The notes: generated by a model not told the origin, from the sequence alone. DNA of 64,000 nt from Candidatus Adlerbacteria bacterium (GCA_003135635.1 PLCJ01000001.1:99418-163417), one strand, 5' to 3'; positions 28,474-37,885 are shown, counted from the stretch's first letter. Numbers and translations: made by a program.

Positions 28474-29193
28474 ATGGAACCAACGCTTCTCTACGAGGAT
28501 GAAGCACTTATTGTCATTGATAAGCCAAGCGGACTGGCAGTTCATACTGACGGTACACATGCGTATCCGCTCCTCACCGACTGGCTTCTCAAAAAGTATC
28601 CAGAAATCGCTCAGGTCGGTGAACCTCAAACACTTGCAAGTGGAGAGGTAATTGAGCGACCGGGTATCGTGCACCGTCTTGATAGGGAGACATCGGGTAT
28701 TATGGTTATTGCTCGTACACCGAGGGCCTTTGAAAATCTCAAACAGCAATTCAAAAACCATACCGTGCATAAGATATATCGGGCATTTGTACACGGCTCG
28801 CTTAAAGATGAACGCGGTATTATCGACAAACCAATAGGAAGCGGACGCAACGGACGCGCTCCACGCTCGGCGCGTACACCCCATGGAGCAATGCGCGAGG
28901 CGGTTACTATGTACCGTGTTATTGCTCGCTCTGCTAAGGGTAGTTACGTTGAGGCATTTCCAAAGACGGGAAGAACCCACCAAATACGCGTTCACTTCTC
29001 TCTTATCCAACACCCGGTAGTGCACGATTCCTTATATGCACCAGGAAGGGAAGCACTTTTCGGTTTTACTCGCTTAGCGCTTCATGCACTCTCTCTTTCT
29101 TTTGTGCACCCAACAACTGAAGTAAAAATATTTTTTGAAGCTCCCTTACCACCTGATTTTCTTAAAGCGGAAAAACTTTTGCGTCTGACATAA
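28474..29193 (+). CDS. RluA-family pseudouridine synthase (no S4 domain)
   Basis: Catalytic motif HRLDRETSGIMVIAR, IVIDKPSGLAVH; start taken at ATG 28474 just after the tRNA (listed ORF begins inside tRNA). Confidence 0.8.
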   Translation: MEPTLLYEDEALIVIDKPSGLAVHTDGTHAYPLLTDWLLKKYPEIAQVGEPQTLASGEVIERPGIVHRLDRETSGIMVIARTPRAFENLKQQFKNHTVHKIYRAFVHGSLKDERGIIDKPIGSGRNGRAPRSARTPHGAMREAVTMYRVIARSAKGSYVEAFPKTGRTHQIRVHFSLIQHPVVHDSLYAPGREALFGFTRLALHALSLSFVHPTTEVKIFFEAPLPPDFLKAEKLLRLT

Positions 29194-29210
29194 AAACATG
29201 ATACGGTAGC

Positions 29211-29651
29211 GTGGCCATGAAATCCTTAGTCCTCCATACGACTATTAACGCAAAAGAGCGTGCTGACCTTGGTATACGGGCAGGCGATACGGTCAGAGTG
29301 TGGCAAAAGATTATTGAAAAAGGGAAAGCTCGTCGCCAGGCGTTTGAGGGGTTAGTGCTTTCGATAAAACATGGCAGTGAGCCTGGAGCAATGTTTACCG
29401 TTCGTAAAGTCTCAAACGGTATTGGGGTTGAGAAAATTTTCCCCCTGTATTCTCCCTCTCTAGATTCTATTGAGATATTGCGCCGCGCCCACACTCGTCG
29501 CAGCAAACTGTACTTTATTCGTCGCAAAGCTGCCCGCGACATAAAACATGCAATGCGCAAATCACAACACTATACCGGAGCGGAATCAGAAGAGCTCACA
29601 AGTAAGGAAGAAGAGACTCCCACTCCTCAGGAGTCTGAAATTATCGCATAA
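29211..29651 (+). CDS. rplS: 50S ribosomal protein L19 with acidic C-terminal extension
   Basis: GDTVRVWQKIIEKGKARRQAFEGLVLSIKHGSEPGAMFTVRKVSNGIGVEKIFPLYSP = L19 core. Confidence 0.85.
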   Translation: MAMKSLVLHTTINAKERADLGIRAGDTVRVWQKIIEKGKARRQAFEGLVLSIKHGSEPGAMFTVRKVSNGIGVEKIFPLYSPSLDSIEILRRAHTRRSKLYFIRRKAARDIKHAMRKSQHYTGAESEELTSKEEETPTPQESEIIA

Positions 29652-29664
29652 TACGGAGGTCCCT

Positions 29665-29746
29665 GCCCAGGTGGCGGAATTGGTATACGCGTATGCTTGA
29701 GGTGCATATGCCGCAAGGCTTGGAGGTTCGAGTCCTCTCCTGGGCA
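29665..29746 (+). tRNA. tRNA-Leu (anticodon GAG), class II
   Basis: Acceptor GCCCAGG/CCTGGGC, anticodon loop TTGAGGT, long variable arm, T-arm TGGAGGTTCGAGTCCTCT. Confidence 0.75.
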
Positions 29747-29797
29747 CAAATAGGATTTTAGGAAGTATGATGAGAAGTGCTATACATGGCGGCTATG

Positions 29798-29870
29798 GTG
29801 TAACGGTTAACACTGGAGCTTGTGGAGCTCTCGATCAGGGTTCGATTCCCTGTAGCCGCCCAAGATAGGT
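29798..29870 (+). tRNA. tRNA-His (anticodon GTG) with encoded G-1
   Basis: G-1 + acceptor GCGGCTA/TAGCCGC + discriminator C73, anticodon loop TTGTGGA, T-arm CAGGGTTCGATTCCCTG. Confidence 0.8.
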
Positions 29871-29975
29871 CTTAATATAACTTCGAGTGCTTGTGCCGCG
29901 TCAGTTAGGTTATGTGTATCTCTTCGACCCCGATTTTTTCAGTTAAGTATTCTCAGTGCAATTTCCGTGTAGTCT

Positions 29976-30437
29976 TTAAGATAAGAACTTTCCGAGCTTA
30001 TCCAACTGCTGATTCCAGCCCGGCTCCATGCCTTGAAGCATCATGTCGGTTCCGGGCGCGTCGCCCGCGGCGCTTGTGATCACAGTCAGTTTTGTTTTGC
30101 CGCTCTCTTCTTCGAAAGTGATGGTAGTCACACCTGAAAGCAGTACGTTACCTGCTTCATCGAGCGCGTCATTGGAGAATACGAGCTTTTCGGACTCGAC
30201 GATTTCTGTAAAGACTCCTTTCATCGGCCACTTTTGCCCCGCGAGTGGTCCTAGTTCTTTGCCCGCAAGCATGACGATGTACAAAGTGCCACCTACACGC
30301 AGATCAACTTCGCTCGTTGGGATGGTGACGCCATTTGGGCCCCACCACTGCGCCAGTTCTTTAGGATCGGTCCATGCCTTCCATACACGCTCCCGCGAAG
30401 CGTCGAGTGTGCGCACAATAGTTATTTCCTTTTTCAT
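29976..30437 (-). CDS. SRPBCC-superfamily protein (AHSA1/START-like)
   Basis: Typical AHSA1-like N-terminus RTLDASRERVWKAWTDPKELAQWWGP; paired with ArsR regulator upstream. Confidence 0.7.
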   Translation of the reverse strand: MKKEITIVRTLDASRERVWKAWTDPKELAQWWGPNGVTIPTSEVDLRVGGTLYIVMLAGKELGPLAGQKWPMKGVFTEIVESEKLVFSNDALDEAGNVLLSGVTTITFEEESGKTKLTVITSAAGDAPGTDMMLQGMEPGWNQQLDKLGKFLS

Positions 30438-30441
30438 ACGA

Positions 30442-30768
30442 TTATTTTTTCTTAATTAAATAAACTTCTAATCGATCCAAACGTTCTTCCCAAATCTTTC
30501 TATAACGCCTTAGATACTCCGAGGCGTCTTTGAGAGCTGTGGGGGAGAGACGGACAACCTGTTGCTTGCCGCGCCGGTGCTTATTGATCAGCTTGGCCTT
30601 TTCCAAAATTATGAGATGTTTAGAAATTGCCGCCAAGGTCACATTATATGGCTTTGCAATCTTGCTGACGGATAGCTCTTTGCGGCCCACCCGCTTGAGG
30701 ATATCGCGGCGAGTGGGATCGGCGAGGGAACCAAAGACTGCATCGAGTGTTTGGGTATGTTCAACCAT
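30442..30768 (-). CDS. ArsR/SmtB-family HTH transcriptional regulator
   Basis: LADPTRRDILKRVGRKELSVSKIAKPYNVTLAAISKHLIILEKAKLI winged-HTH of ArsR family. Confidence 0.8.
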   Translation of the reverse strand: MVEHTQTLDAVFGSLADPTRRDILKRVGRKELSVSKIAKPYNVTLAAISKHLIILEKAKLINKHRRGKQQVVRLSPTALKDASEYLRRYRKIWEERLDRLEVYLIKKK

Positions 30769-30853
30769 ATGGTTGAATGATAATCTCTCTCTACAGTTGA
30801 GTCAAGCCCAATTTCCCCTTGTGGGGAAGGAAGTTTTGCGCTACCGTTGAGTC

Positions 30854-31543
30854 ATGGCAAAACTCCAGCACCTTGAACTTTCCCAACCCGTTGCGATTGT
30901 CATTGCCGGTATTATTATCGCCGCATCAATTATTTTTACTAACTATTATCGACCTCCACAAAATACTGCACAGGCTGCTGCCCAACAGTTACCCCTGAGC
31001 GTACATGTACGTCCTCCCTCTGCCAGTGACCACATTATAGGTTCCCCGAATGCCCCCATTGTGCTTATTGAGTACAGCGATTTCCAGTGCCCGTACTGTC
31101 AAATGATATATCCGACGCTTAAAAAAATTGTAAGTGACTCAAACGGTCAGATCGCATGGGTGATGCGCGATTTTCCTCTCTATCAAATCCATCCGCAGGC
31201 GGAAAGTGCTGCAAATGCCGCCGAGTGTATTGCTGCCCAGACCGGTAACGCCGGTTTTTGGAAGTTTGCCGATACGGTGTTTGCCGATCAAAGCAATCTT
31301 GGGTCTAGTCTCTACGCGCAGATAGCGCAAAGCGCAGGCGTCAATATGCAGCAATATAACGCATGTGTTACTGCAAAGACCTATCAAAGCCGCATTGATA
31401 CTGATGAAGCAGAAGCACAAGCAAATGGGGGCCAAGGAACACCCTATACTATTGTGTATGGTCATGGCCTTGAGGTTCCTATTTCTGGCGCATTACCGTA
31501 TACTGAAATTGTGTCGGTTATACAGACAGTAGAAGCGCATTAA
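30854..31543 (+). CDS. DsbA-like thiol:disulfide oxidoreductase (membrane-anchored thioredoxin fold)
   Basis: N-terminal TM; CxxC active site FQCPYCQ; DsbA/BdbD-like length. Confidence 0.75.
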   Translation: MAKLQHLELSQPVAIVIAGIIIAASIIFTNYYRPPQNTAQAAAQQLPLSVHVRPPSASDHIIGSPNAPIVLIEYSDFQCPYCQMIYPTLKKIVSDSNGQIAWVMRDFPLYQIHPQAESAANAAECIAAQTGNAGFWKFADTVFADQSNLGSSLYAQIAQSAGVNMQQYNACVTAKTYQSRIDTDEAEAQANGGQGTPYTIVYGHGLEVPISGALPYTEIVSVIQTVEAH

Positions 31544-31547
31544 TCCT

Positions 31548-32387
31548 ATGGAAAATCTTTTTGAAGGTTCAATTGGAAAAAAGTTGCGCATAGCGCTTTT
31601 GGCTGCGGTTGTACTTCTTGGTATATTTCTGGCGCTCCAAGCGCTCGCTGCTCTTGTTGGCTTGCGTTATATCGGGGCTGGAATTATCGCGACCAACACC
31701 ATTGTGGTTTCGGGCCACGGTGAAGCGTTCGGTGTGCCCGATATTGCCACGTTTGATTTCTCTGTTGTCTCTGATAAACCAACCGTTGCGGCAGCTCAAG
31801 CAGATGCTACCAAAAAAATAAATGCAATAATTAATTATTTGACCGGTGCGGGTGTTGCCAAGGCAGACATTCAAACGAGCAATTATTCAGTTCAGCCACA
31901 ATACCAATATCAGCAACAAGCGTGCCCGAACATACGCACGGTGCTCTCAAATTCAAATGTGCAGCTATATCCAAATCCTTGTCCGCCGGGCAAACAAATA
32001 CTTACCGGGTATGAAGTGAACCAAAGTACTACAGTGAAAGTGCGCGATATCACCAAAGCAGGTGATCTTCTTACGGGGGTAGGAAGCGCGGGAGCAACTC
32101 AAGTAAGTGGGCTCACGCTTACTTTTGATAATCCTCACACGGTGCAAGATGCCGCTCGCAATAACGCAATTACGGATGCCAAATCAAAGGCAGACACGCT
32201 CGCCAAATCGCTCGGCATTTCCCTCGTGCGCGTCGTAGCGTTTAGCGAAAATACCGGAGGCGGCCCCATCCCCATGGCATACAGCGCGGGATTAGGAGCG
32301 GTGTCAGCAAGCGTTCCCGCTCCAGTAATTTCACCTGGTCAAACCAAAGTAACTGATGATGTCTCGATAACCTACGAAATTCGCTAG
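31548..32387 (+). CDS. SIMPL-domain (DUF541) protein
   Basis: N-terminal TM then VSGHGEAFGVPDIATFDFSV ... characteristic SIMPL fold start; ~280 aa. Confidence 0.6.
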   Translation: MENLFEGSIGKKLRIALLAAVVLLGIFLALQALAALVGLRYIGAGIIATNTIVVSGHGEAFGVPDIATFDFSVVSDKPTVAAAQADATKKINAIINYLTGAGVAKADIQTSNYSVQPQYQYQQQACPNIRTVLSNSNVQLYPNPCPPGKQILTGYEVNQSTTVKVRDITKAGDLLTGVGSAGATQVSGLTLTFDNPHTVQDAARNNAITDAKSKADTLAKSLGISLVRVVAFSENTGGGPIPMAYSAGLGAVSASVPAPVISPGQTKVTDDVSITYEIR

Positions 32388-32429
32388 GTTTCTTGACTAT
32401 ATTTCTTTCTGCAGTAGTATAGAAAAACA

Positions 32430-32453
32430 AGGCCGCAGGAAGGCCTTTTTTCT
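32430..32453 (+). terminator. Rho-independent terminator after SIMPL gene
   Basis: aaGGCCgcaggaaGGCCtttttt. Confidence 0.6.
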
Positions 32454-32474
32454 TAGGAAGAATATATCAATCAT

Positions 32475-32645
32475 ATGCTGAACTATCTACGAGAAGTACG
32501 TGCCGAGCTTCGCCATGTCAGCTGGCCCAGTCGCCGCCAGACCATAACCTACACAATAGTAGTAATTATCGTTACACTTATTACCGCTACGTATTTGGGT
32601 CTGTGGGATTATCTCTTTGCTGCGCTTATCCAGCGCATTGCCTAA
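32475..32645 (+). CDS. secE: Preprotein translocase subunit SecE (56 aa)
   Basis: MLNYLREVRAELRHVSWPSRRQTITYTIVVIIVTLITATYLGLWDYLFAALIQRIA; immediately upstream of nusG (conserved secE-nusG-rplK order); below the 60-aa cut-off of the ORF track. Confidence 0.8.
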   Translation: MLNYLREVRAELRHVSWPSRRQTITYTIVVIIVTLITATYLGLWDYLFAALIQRIA

Positions 32646-32652
32646 TTTTTTT

Positions 32653-33204
32653 ATGGCAAAACAAGATGCAAGTGTTGGTCGAGCGTGGTACGCGATACAT
32701 ACCTATGCAGGGTATGAAAATGCGGTTGCCCGCAATCTGCGGCAGCGTATCGAATCCCTTGGGCTGCAAAACAAAATCTTCAATGTCGTAGTGCCCACCG
32801 AACGCACGGTGAAGATCAAGGGCGGTCGTCGCGTTGAAGAGGAAGAAAAGATCTATCCAGGATATGTGCTAGTTGATATGTATGTCGATGATCAGTCATG
32901 GCATGTCGTGCGCAATACACCCCGGGTCACTGGTTTTGTGGGCAGCGGTGTTAATGCAGTGCCGCTTAAACAATCGGAAGTGGAAGAACTTCTTGGCCGT
33001 ATGCATGAAGCAGAAGGCTCGGTGAGGCACGCTATTGATCTCACTGCGGGCGATTCGGTCGTGATTGTTGACGGACCATTTAAAGAACTTGACGGTAAGG
33101 TGGGGGAAGTGGATCAAAGCCGCGGCAAGGTCAAAGTGCTCGTGGCGATGTTTGGCCGCGAAACTCCAGTGGAGCTCGATTTTTTGCAAGTGAAGCGCAT
33201 ATAA
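32653..33204 (+). CDS. nusG: Transcription termination/antitermination factor NusG
   Basis: NGN domain WYAIHTYAGYEN and KOW domain GDSVVIVDGPFKELDGKV. Confidence 0.9.
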   Translation: MAKQDASVGRAWYAIHTYAGYENAVARNLRQRIESLGLQNKIFNVVVPTERTVKIKGGRRVEEEEKIYPGYVLVDMYVDDQSWHVVRNTPRVTGFVGSGVNAVPLKQSEVEELLGRMHEAEGSVRHAIDLTAGDSVVIVDGPFKELDGKVGEVDQSRGKVKVLVAMFGRETPVELDFLQVKRI

Positions 33205-33221
33205 GGTAGTATTTTCCATCC

Positions 33222-33644
33222 ATGGCAAAGAAAATAACTAAAAAGATAAAGATTATTGCTCCCGGTGGAGCAGCTATCCTCACTCCTGCAATGGGACAGG
33301 TGTTGGGACCTGCAGGCATCAATATCGGCGAGTTTGTGAAGCGTTTTAATGAAGCTTCTAAAGACATGAAGGGTGATCTTGTCCCAGCGGAGATTACGGT
33401 GTACCAAGATCGAACCTATGATTTCGTGCTCAAAACTCCGCCCGCGTCCTCACTTATTCTTAAAGCAATTGACAAAGAAAAAGGTTCAGGAAAACCAAGT
33501 ATTTCAAAAATTGGGACCATTTCTAAAGAAAATGTGCGTGAAATCGCTCAAAAGAAAATGCGCGATCTCAATGCTAATGATCTTGATGCAGCAATGAAGA
33601 TCATCGCAGGCTCGGCTCGCTCCATGGGAGTGGACATTAAGTAG
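33222..33644 (+). CDS. rplK: 50S ribosomal protein L11
   Basis: MAKKITKKIKIIAPGGAAILTPAMGQVLGPAGINIGEF ... canonical L11. Confidence 0.9.
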   Translation: MAKKITKKIKIIAPGGAAILTPAMGQVLGPAGINIGEFVKRFNEASKDMKGDLVPAEITVYQDRTYDFVLKTPPASSLILKAIDKEKGSGKPSISKIGTISKENVREIAQKKMRDLNANDLDAAMKIIAGSARSMGVDIK

Positions 33645-34287
33645 CCTTTTTCTTTTTAGGTGGTGCCCATCTGGTAAATTTAAGAATCTGAAGCTCAAAA
33701 GGCGTCACCTTGCGCAGGCGGGGGATCATTTTTTTGGGGAGCACGGGGAAATGCGGAGATGCATCCAGATCCTCTGCAAGCCAATTTAGATTCTTCTCCG
33801 CAATGAGCCACTTCTCTACGGGATAGCGCCTGAGGTCAAAGGGTTTTGAAAATGTACGGAATGATTTTTTCCCGTCGTGTAAAAAATATTCGTGAAAGTA
33901 CGACATCGCGAGTTCGCGGATGTTTTTATATATAGGATCGCGCCACTGGAGTATCATATGATTTGTCATGCTTATGGCGCCCCACAAACTCTCTTCTTTA
34001 AAGACCGTAATCACATGGTCTTCATCCGAGGGAAGAGTTTGGAAATCGAGCAAAAGGGGAGGATATCCATGATATCCGAGTACCGCAGCGGCAAATAGTG
34101 CGCCTTCTATACAATGCGCTTTTCTCTCCCTCAGTACTCTGCGGGGGGAGTAAAAGGTCTCTCCTTTTTCTTCAAAATTTATGGCAGTAGCATCTAAAAA
34201 ATCCTGTATTTTTTTTGGAGAGGTGAGTTTTGCAAACACTTTTCGTTCCTTTGGATTAAGAAATTCCTTGATTTTCTGCGCATACAT
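33637..34287 (-). CDS. Hypothetical protein, possible transglutaminase-like Cys-peptidase fold
   Basis: Candidate Cys-His-Asp arrangement (KAHCIEGALFAAAVLGYHGYP ... DHVITVF ... D); weak. Confidence 0.3.
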   Translation of the reverse strand: MYAQKIKEFLNPKERKVFAKLTSPKKIQDFLDATAINFEEKGETFYSPRRVLRERKAHCIEGALFAAAVLGYHGYPPLLLDFQTLPSDEDHVITVFKEESLWGAISMTNHMILQWRDPIYKNIRELAMSYFHEYFLHDGKKSFRTFSKPFDLRRYPVEKWLIAEKNLNWLAEDLDASPHFPVLPKKMIPRLRKVTPFELQILKFTRWAPPKKKKAT

Positions 34288-34322
34288 GTACCCTTATTAT
34301 AATCTACAATTAATTTCTGTAG

Positions 34323-35684
34323 CTATTTTTCTACAATATCGTGCTCACCACGCTTGATATCAAAGCGGTCTTCGCTTCTATCGATATAAAGTGTAAGACC
34401 AAATGTTTCAAGAAGGAGTACGCCGATCTCCTGTGCGACGCGCCGCAAGGTTGGATGGACTGAAATACCTGAGCGCAGCTCCACAAGCCACGTGAGCCCG
34501 GGCAAATCGCCGGTCAGACGGCATGGCACGGAGTATCCCATAGGGATGTAGTATTGCCGATACACTGGCGCAATAGAGAGCTTGTTGAGGGCCGCGCGCT
34601 GTTTTTGTAGAACGCTCAAGGCTTTTTTCCGGAGCTCTTGGGGCATTTGATCGAGATACCATGGAGCAAATTCCCAAGAGTTAGTAAGAAGCGGCATACG
34701 CTGGGTCACAGCTCGATGTCGTTGAAGGTCGCGGAAGGAGCCAAAATCTAAAAAAAACAAGAAACGTATGCTCCCACACTCTGCGAGAAATCTCGGCAAC
34801 TCTGCTTTGATTGGACGATTGGATAGTATCGGTGCATATCTGGCAAGAAGATTTCTGTCTATACCATCACGCTCCACCCGAACGCCAGAGAAAAAGGAGA
34901 TAGGCTCGGAAGTGTTTTGAGTGTTGAGATCAAAGTAGTATGATTCCTTCATCCACTCAGAGACATACTGCTCCGTTGCTTCATAGCGTTTCTGTTTGAA
35001 GGAATTTGGATACATGGTGTTGAGCGCTTCTTCGATAGTGAGGGCTATGGCACGCACTTCATCAAGCGGATGATTTCGCAGGCGAAGCAAGTGATCAGCT
35101 GCATGTCGCAGAGTAGTGTGCCACGCGAGGTTTGTTGCCATACCTGCGGGTAAAAAGCTACGCATAATATCAAAAGCGCGCGCGTTAATTGCTTTTTTCC
35201 ACTTCTTTTCGTCTTCTTCCCCACGAGGATGACGGTCCATAAGCTCTTCTTTCATTGTCGCAAGTCCTTCGGTGTGAAAGGTACGCAATGATTCTGATAA
35301 TTCACTTGCAGATTCATCAGGACTTATAAACGGTTGCGTAGAAAAGTCGACATAACGTGTCGAAGATTCTTGCCCGTTATACAGTTGAGAATCTTGGATA
35401 GCTTTAGCGGCCAGCATGGAAACACCTTCGATAAAAACGGTTGCTGTGCCGCAATCGCCGATCGATTTATCGCCATAGCCTATATAGTAAGTATCCATGA
35501 ACTGCGCAGCGCCTTTTTGCGCAAGTTTCATAAGATGGGCATCTATTCCATGTACAGAGCGAGAATGTAATGCTTGAAGCATTGCTGCTGCCTCCGCAGT
35601 GATGAGTGCACCAGTATCAAGCACGACCACCTGACCACCTCCTTGTAGAGGTTGTCGTACGTGGCGAAGATCCTCTAAGTGCAT
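34323..35684 (-). CDS. thyX: ThyX-like FAD-dependent thymidylate synthase, double-length (453 aa) with motifs split across two halves
   Basis: C-terminal half carries ThyX RHR motif (FRDLQRHRAVTQR); N-terminal half carries S-x-RY motif (QESSTRY) in ThyX-like context but has DSQ where RHR is expected. Confidence 0.55.
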   Translation of the reverse strand: MHLEDLRHVRQPLQGGGQVVVLDTGALITAEAAAMLQALHSRSVHGIDAHLMKLAQKGAAQFMDTYYIGYGDKSIGDCGTATVFIEGVSMLAAKAIQDSQLYNGQESSTRYVDFSTQPFISPDESASELSESLRTFHTEGLATMKEELMDRHPRGEEDEKKWKKAINARAFDIMRSFLPAGMATNLAWHTTLRHAADHLLRLRNHPLDEVRAIALTIEEALNTMYPNSFKQKRYEATEQYVSEWMKESYYFDLNTQNTSEPISFFSGVRVERDGIDRNLLARYAPILSNRPIKAELPRFLAECGSIRFLFFLDFGSFRDLQRHRAVTQRMPLLTNSWEFAPWYLDQMPQELRKKALSVLQKQRAALNKLSIAPVYRQYYIPMGYSVPCRLTGDLPGLTWLVELRSGISVHPTLRRVAQEIGVLLLETFGLTLYIDRSEDRFDIKRGEHDIVEK

Positions 35685-35696
35685 GGTGTATCGCTG

Positions 35697-36371
35697 CTAC
35701 CTTTTTTTAATATCCTTATCAAGATAGAGACGAGGGAGCATCATCGTGGGTTTCCAACTTTTTTTGATAGAAGAAAGTATGTCGGTGCTTTGATATTTAC
35801 CTCTGTGGGTGTAATCTCTCGCAAGAATAGGCCCCGTTTCAAAAAAGATTATTTGCGCGATGCGTCGTCCCACGACAAGGGGAATGTGATAGCGAGTAGA
35901 GTTGTTAGTAATTTCCATAGTCCAGCGATTAATATACCCGACATCCCCCCATCCAGCGCATTTGCACACTTCTATAAAACTTCGTCCCAAGCTTGAGCGT
36001 GCTTTCATCATGGTAGTAATATGTTCTCTGCCACCAATAAACTCTTCGGTATGTGCCAGTACTGTTTCTCCCGGCGCAAGAAGAATAATTCTATCTTCAG
36101 GAGTGATGCCAGTGAAATCGAATCGATAATTTTTAAGTGTTTCGCGCGCTGTTTTTGCTCGGCATGGTTTTGTACCCCAAACTCGCGTGACGTGTTTTTT
36201 GTCGTAAATGTTATAAAGATTTTCAAAGTTAGACGGATGTTGTTCGATAAAGAAGTATTCCCCAAGCGTTACATCATAACTTGAGGTCGAGAGATTTCTT
36301 CGCTTAAACGGCTCAATGACAATCGAACCCTCTCGCATGTTCTTTAAAATATTTTTATCCGAAAGTGCCAT
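35697..36371 (-). CDS. dcd: dCTP deaminase (dUTPase superfamily)
   Basis: MALSDKNILKNMREGSIVIEP ... KARSSLGRSF ... AGWGDVGY parallels E. coli Dcd blocks. Confidence 0.8.
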   Translation of the reverse strand: MALSDKNILKNMREGSIVIEPFKRRNLSTSSYDVTLGEYFFIEQHPSNFENLYNIYDKKHVTRVWGTKPCRAKTARETLKNYRFDFTGITPEDRIILLAPGETVLAHTEEFIGGREHITTMMKARSSLGRSFIEVCKCAGWGDVGYINRWTMEITNNSTRYHIPLVVGRRIAQIIFFETGPILARDYTHRGKYQSTDILSSIKKSWKPTMMLPRLYLDKDIKKR

Positions 36372-36445
36372 GATTGAGCGGAGTATAACATACGGCTCTT
36401 CGTGGAATATGGTTGCCCCTTAGGAGAGCCTATAGTATAGATACA

Positions 36446-37090
36446 ATGATGAAAGGCAGGCTTCTTATATTTGAGGGCGGAGAAGGTTCCGGTAAATCGT
36501 ATATGGCAAAAATGGCCGTTGAGAAGCTCAATGTTCAAGGTATAAAAACACTGTGGACCCGTGAACCAGGGGGCTCTGTTTTTGCTGAGAAAATCCGCAA
36601 GTTGATTTTATCCGACCATGCAATGCATGCGGACGCAGAAACCATGTTTGGGCTTTTCTGGGCAGCCCGACGTGACCACATTGTGCATAAGATTAAACCA
36701 GCGCTCGAAGAAGGCACGCACGTGCTGTGCGAGCGCTTTGATTCCTCCACCTGGGCATACCAAATTAGGGGACAGCAACAGGGGCAGCTGCGACATTTGT
36801 TTCTTAAAATGCGCAAGCATTATCTTGCTCAAATTCACCCTTCTGCCTACATTCTTTTGAATGTTGATCCAAAAATTGGGCTGCAACGCGTGAAAAAGAG
36901 AACAGAAAGAAAACAAACCCATTTTGATAAACGTAATCTAGAGTTCCATCAACGGGTAAACGATGGACTTATCGAGTTTGTCACTCATATTTCGGATCAT
37001 ATCTATATAATCATTGATGCGAATCGACCTCGGCGTGTAGTTGCAACAGCAGTAATGGATACGCTACATCGCTTGCTCTCACTAGACTAA
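36446..37090 (+). CDS. tmk: Thymidylate kinase
   Basis: P-loop LIFEGGEGSGKS, DRY-like and LID regions; start at internal MMKGR. Confidence 0.85.
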   Translation: MMKGRLLIFEGGEGSGKSYMAKMAVEKLNVQGIKTLWTREPGGSVFAEKIRKLILSDHAMHADAETMFGLFWAARRDHIVHKIKPALEEGTHVLCERFDSSTWAYQIRGQQQGQLRHLFLKMRKHYLAQIHPSAYILLNVDPKIGLQRVKKRTERKQTHFDKRNLEFHQRVNDGLIEFVTHISDHIYIIIDANRPRRVVATAVMDTLHRLLSLD

Positions 37091-37494
37091 GCTCTTTCCA
37101 CCGCACTCGGCGTTTGACCTATGGTGCAAAGAAAAAAGTGGATAACTATTAAAATCTATTTTTAATATGTTCTTATAGTAGAGGAGTTCTGCAATGTTGA
37201 ACTACCTTTCGCTAAATCTCAAAGTGAGGTCTACGGTGGCTGGTCTCCTTGTGTTCGAGTCTCTGGCCGACGCTCTGCGTGCCGGCTTTCAGATTTATGA
37301 TCGCATCCAAGACGGATACTTGGTACGAACCCGAACTCCAACTGGCTGGGCAATGGCCATTGTCAACTGCAAGTAACGATTCCATCGACGTGTCGGGGGA
37401 GTCGATACAAGATGTTCCTGCCACAGCTGGTAGCAGCAAACCGAGGCCGTCCCGAGTATTTTCTTACCGGGCGGCCTCACTTATAATAGCCTCT

Positions 37495-37815
37495 ATGGTC
37501 ACGCATCCTTATCACACAGCTAATTGTCCAGAAGCAAAAGGGAAGGTCGGACCTACTCTGGGAATACTAGCTACCCTTGCTGGCATAATCGGACCGTTCA
37601 ACATTATTCCGCAGATAGTGGAGATATTTCAAACAAAGAGTATAGCCAATGTATCGCTTTTAACGTATTCAATTGTAATTGCTATCCAGGTTGTATGGCT
37701 TGTATATGCTCTTAAGCTTTCTCTTCGTCCGCTGATCATTTCCAGTCTTGTTGTTCTAGTCTTAAGTGGTGTAATTATATTTCAATTCTTTTTATATGGT
37801 GGTTTGAGAGTATAA
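37495..37815 (+). CDS. PQ-loop / SemiSWEET-like 3-TM membrane protein (~106 aa)
   Basis: GIIGPFNIIPQIVEIFQTKS PQ-loop motif followed by two further TM helices; listed ORF extends 5' with non-membrane sequence, start uncertain. Confidence 0.45.
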   Translation: MVTHPYHTANCPEAKGKVGPTLGILATLAGIIGPFNIIPQIVEIFQTKSIANVSLLTYSIVIAIQVVWLVYALKLSLRPLIISSLVVLVLSGVIIFQFFLYGGLRV

Positions 37816-37885
37816 ATTAATTTACCTCGTCGCTTCTTCCCATATGAAAAAAGGTTTAGATTATACAGGTATCTGCTAAAGAAAG

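Noticed and set aside
37194-37376. 60-aa plus ORF between tmk and the SemiSWEET-like gene
   Set aside because: No motif or RBS. Overlaps antisense frames of similar length. Cannot be distinguished from noise.
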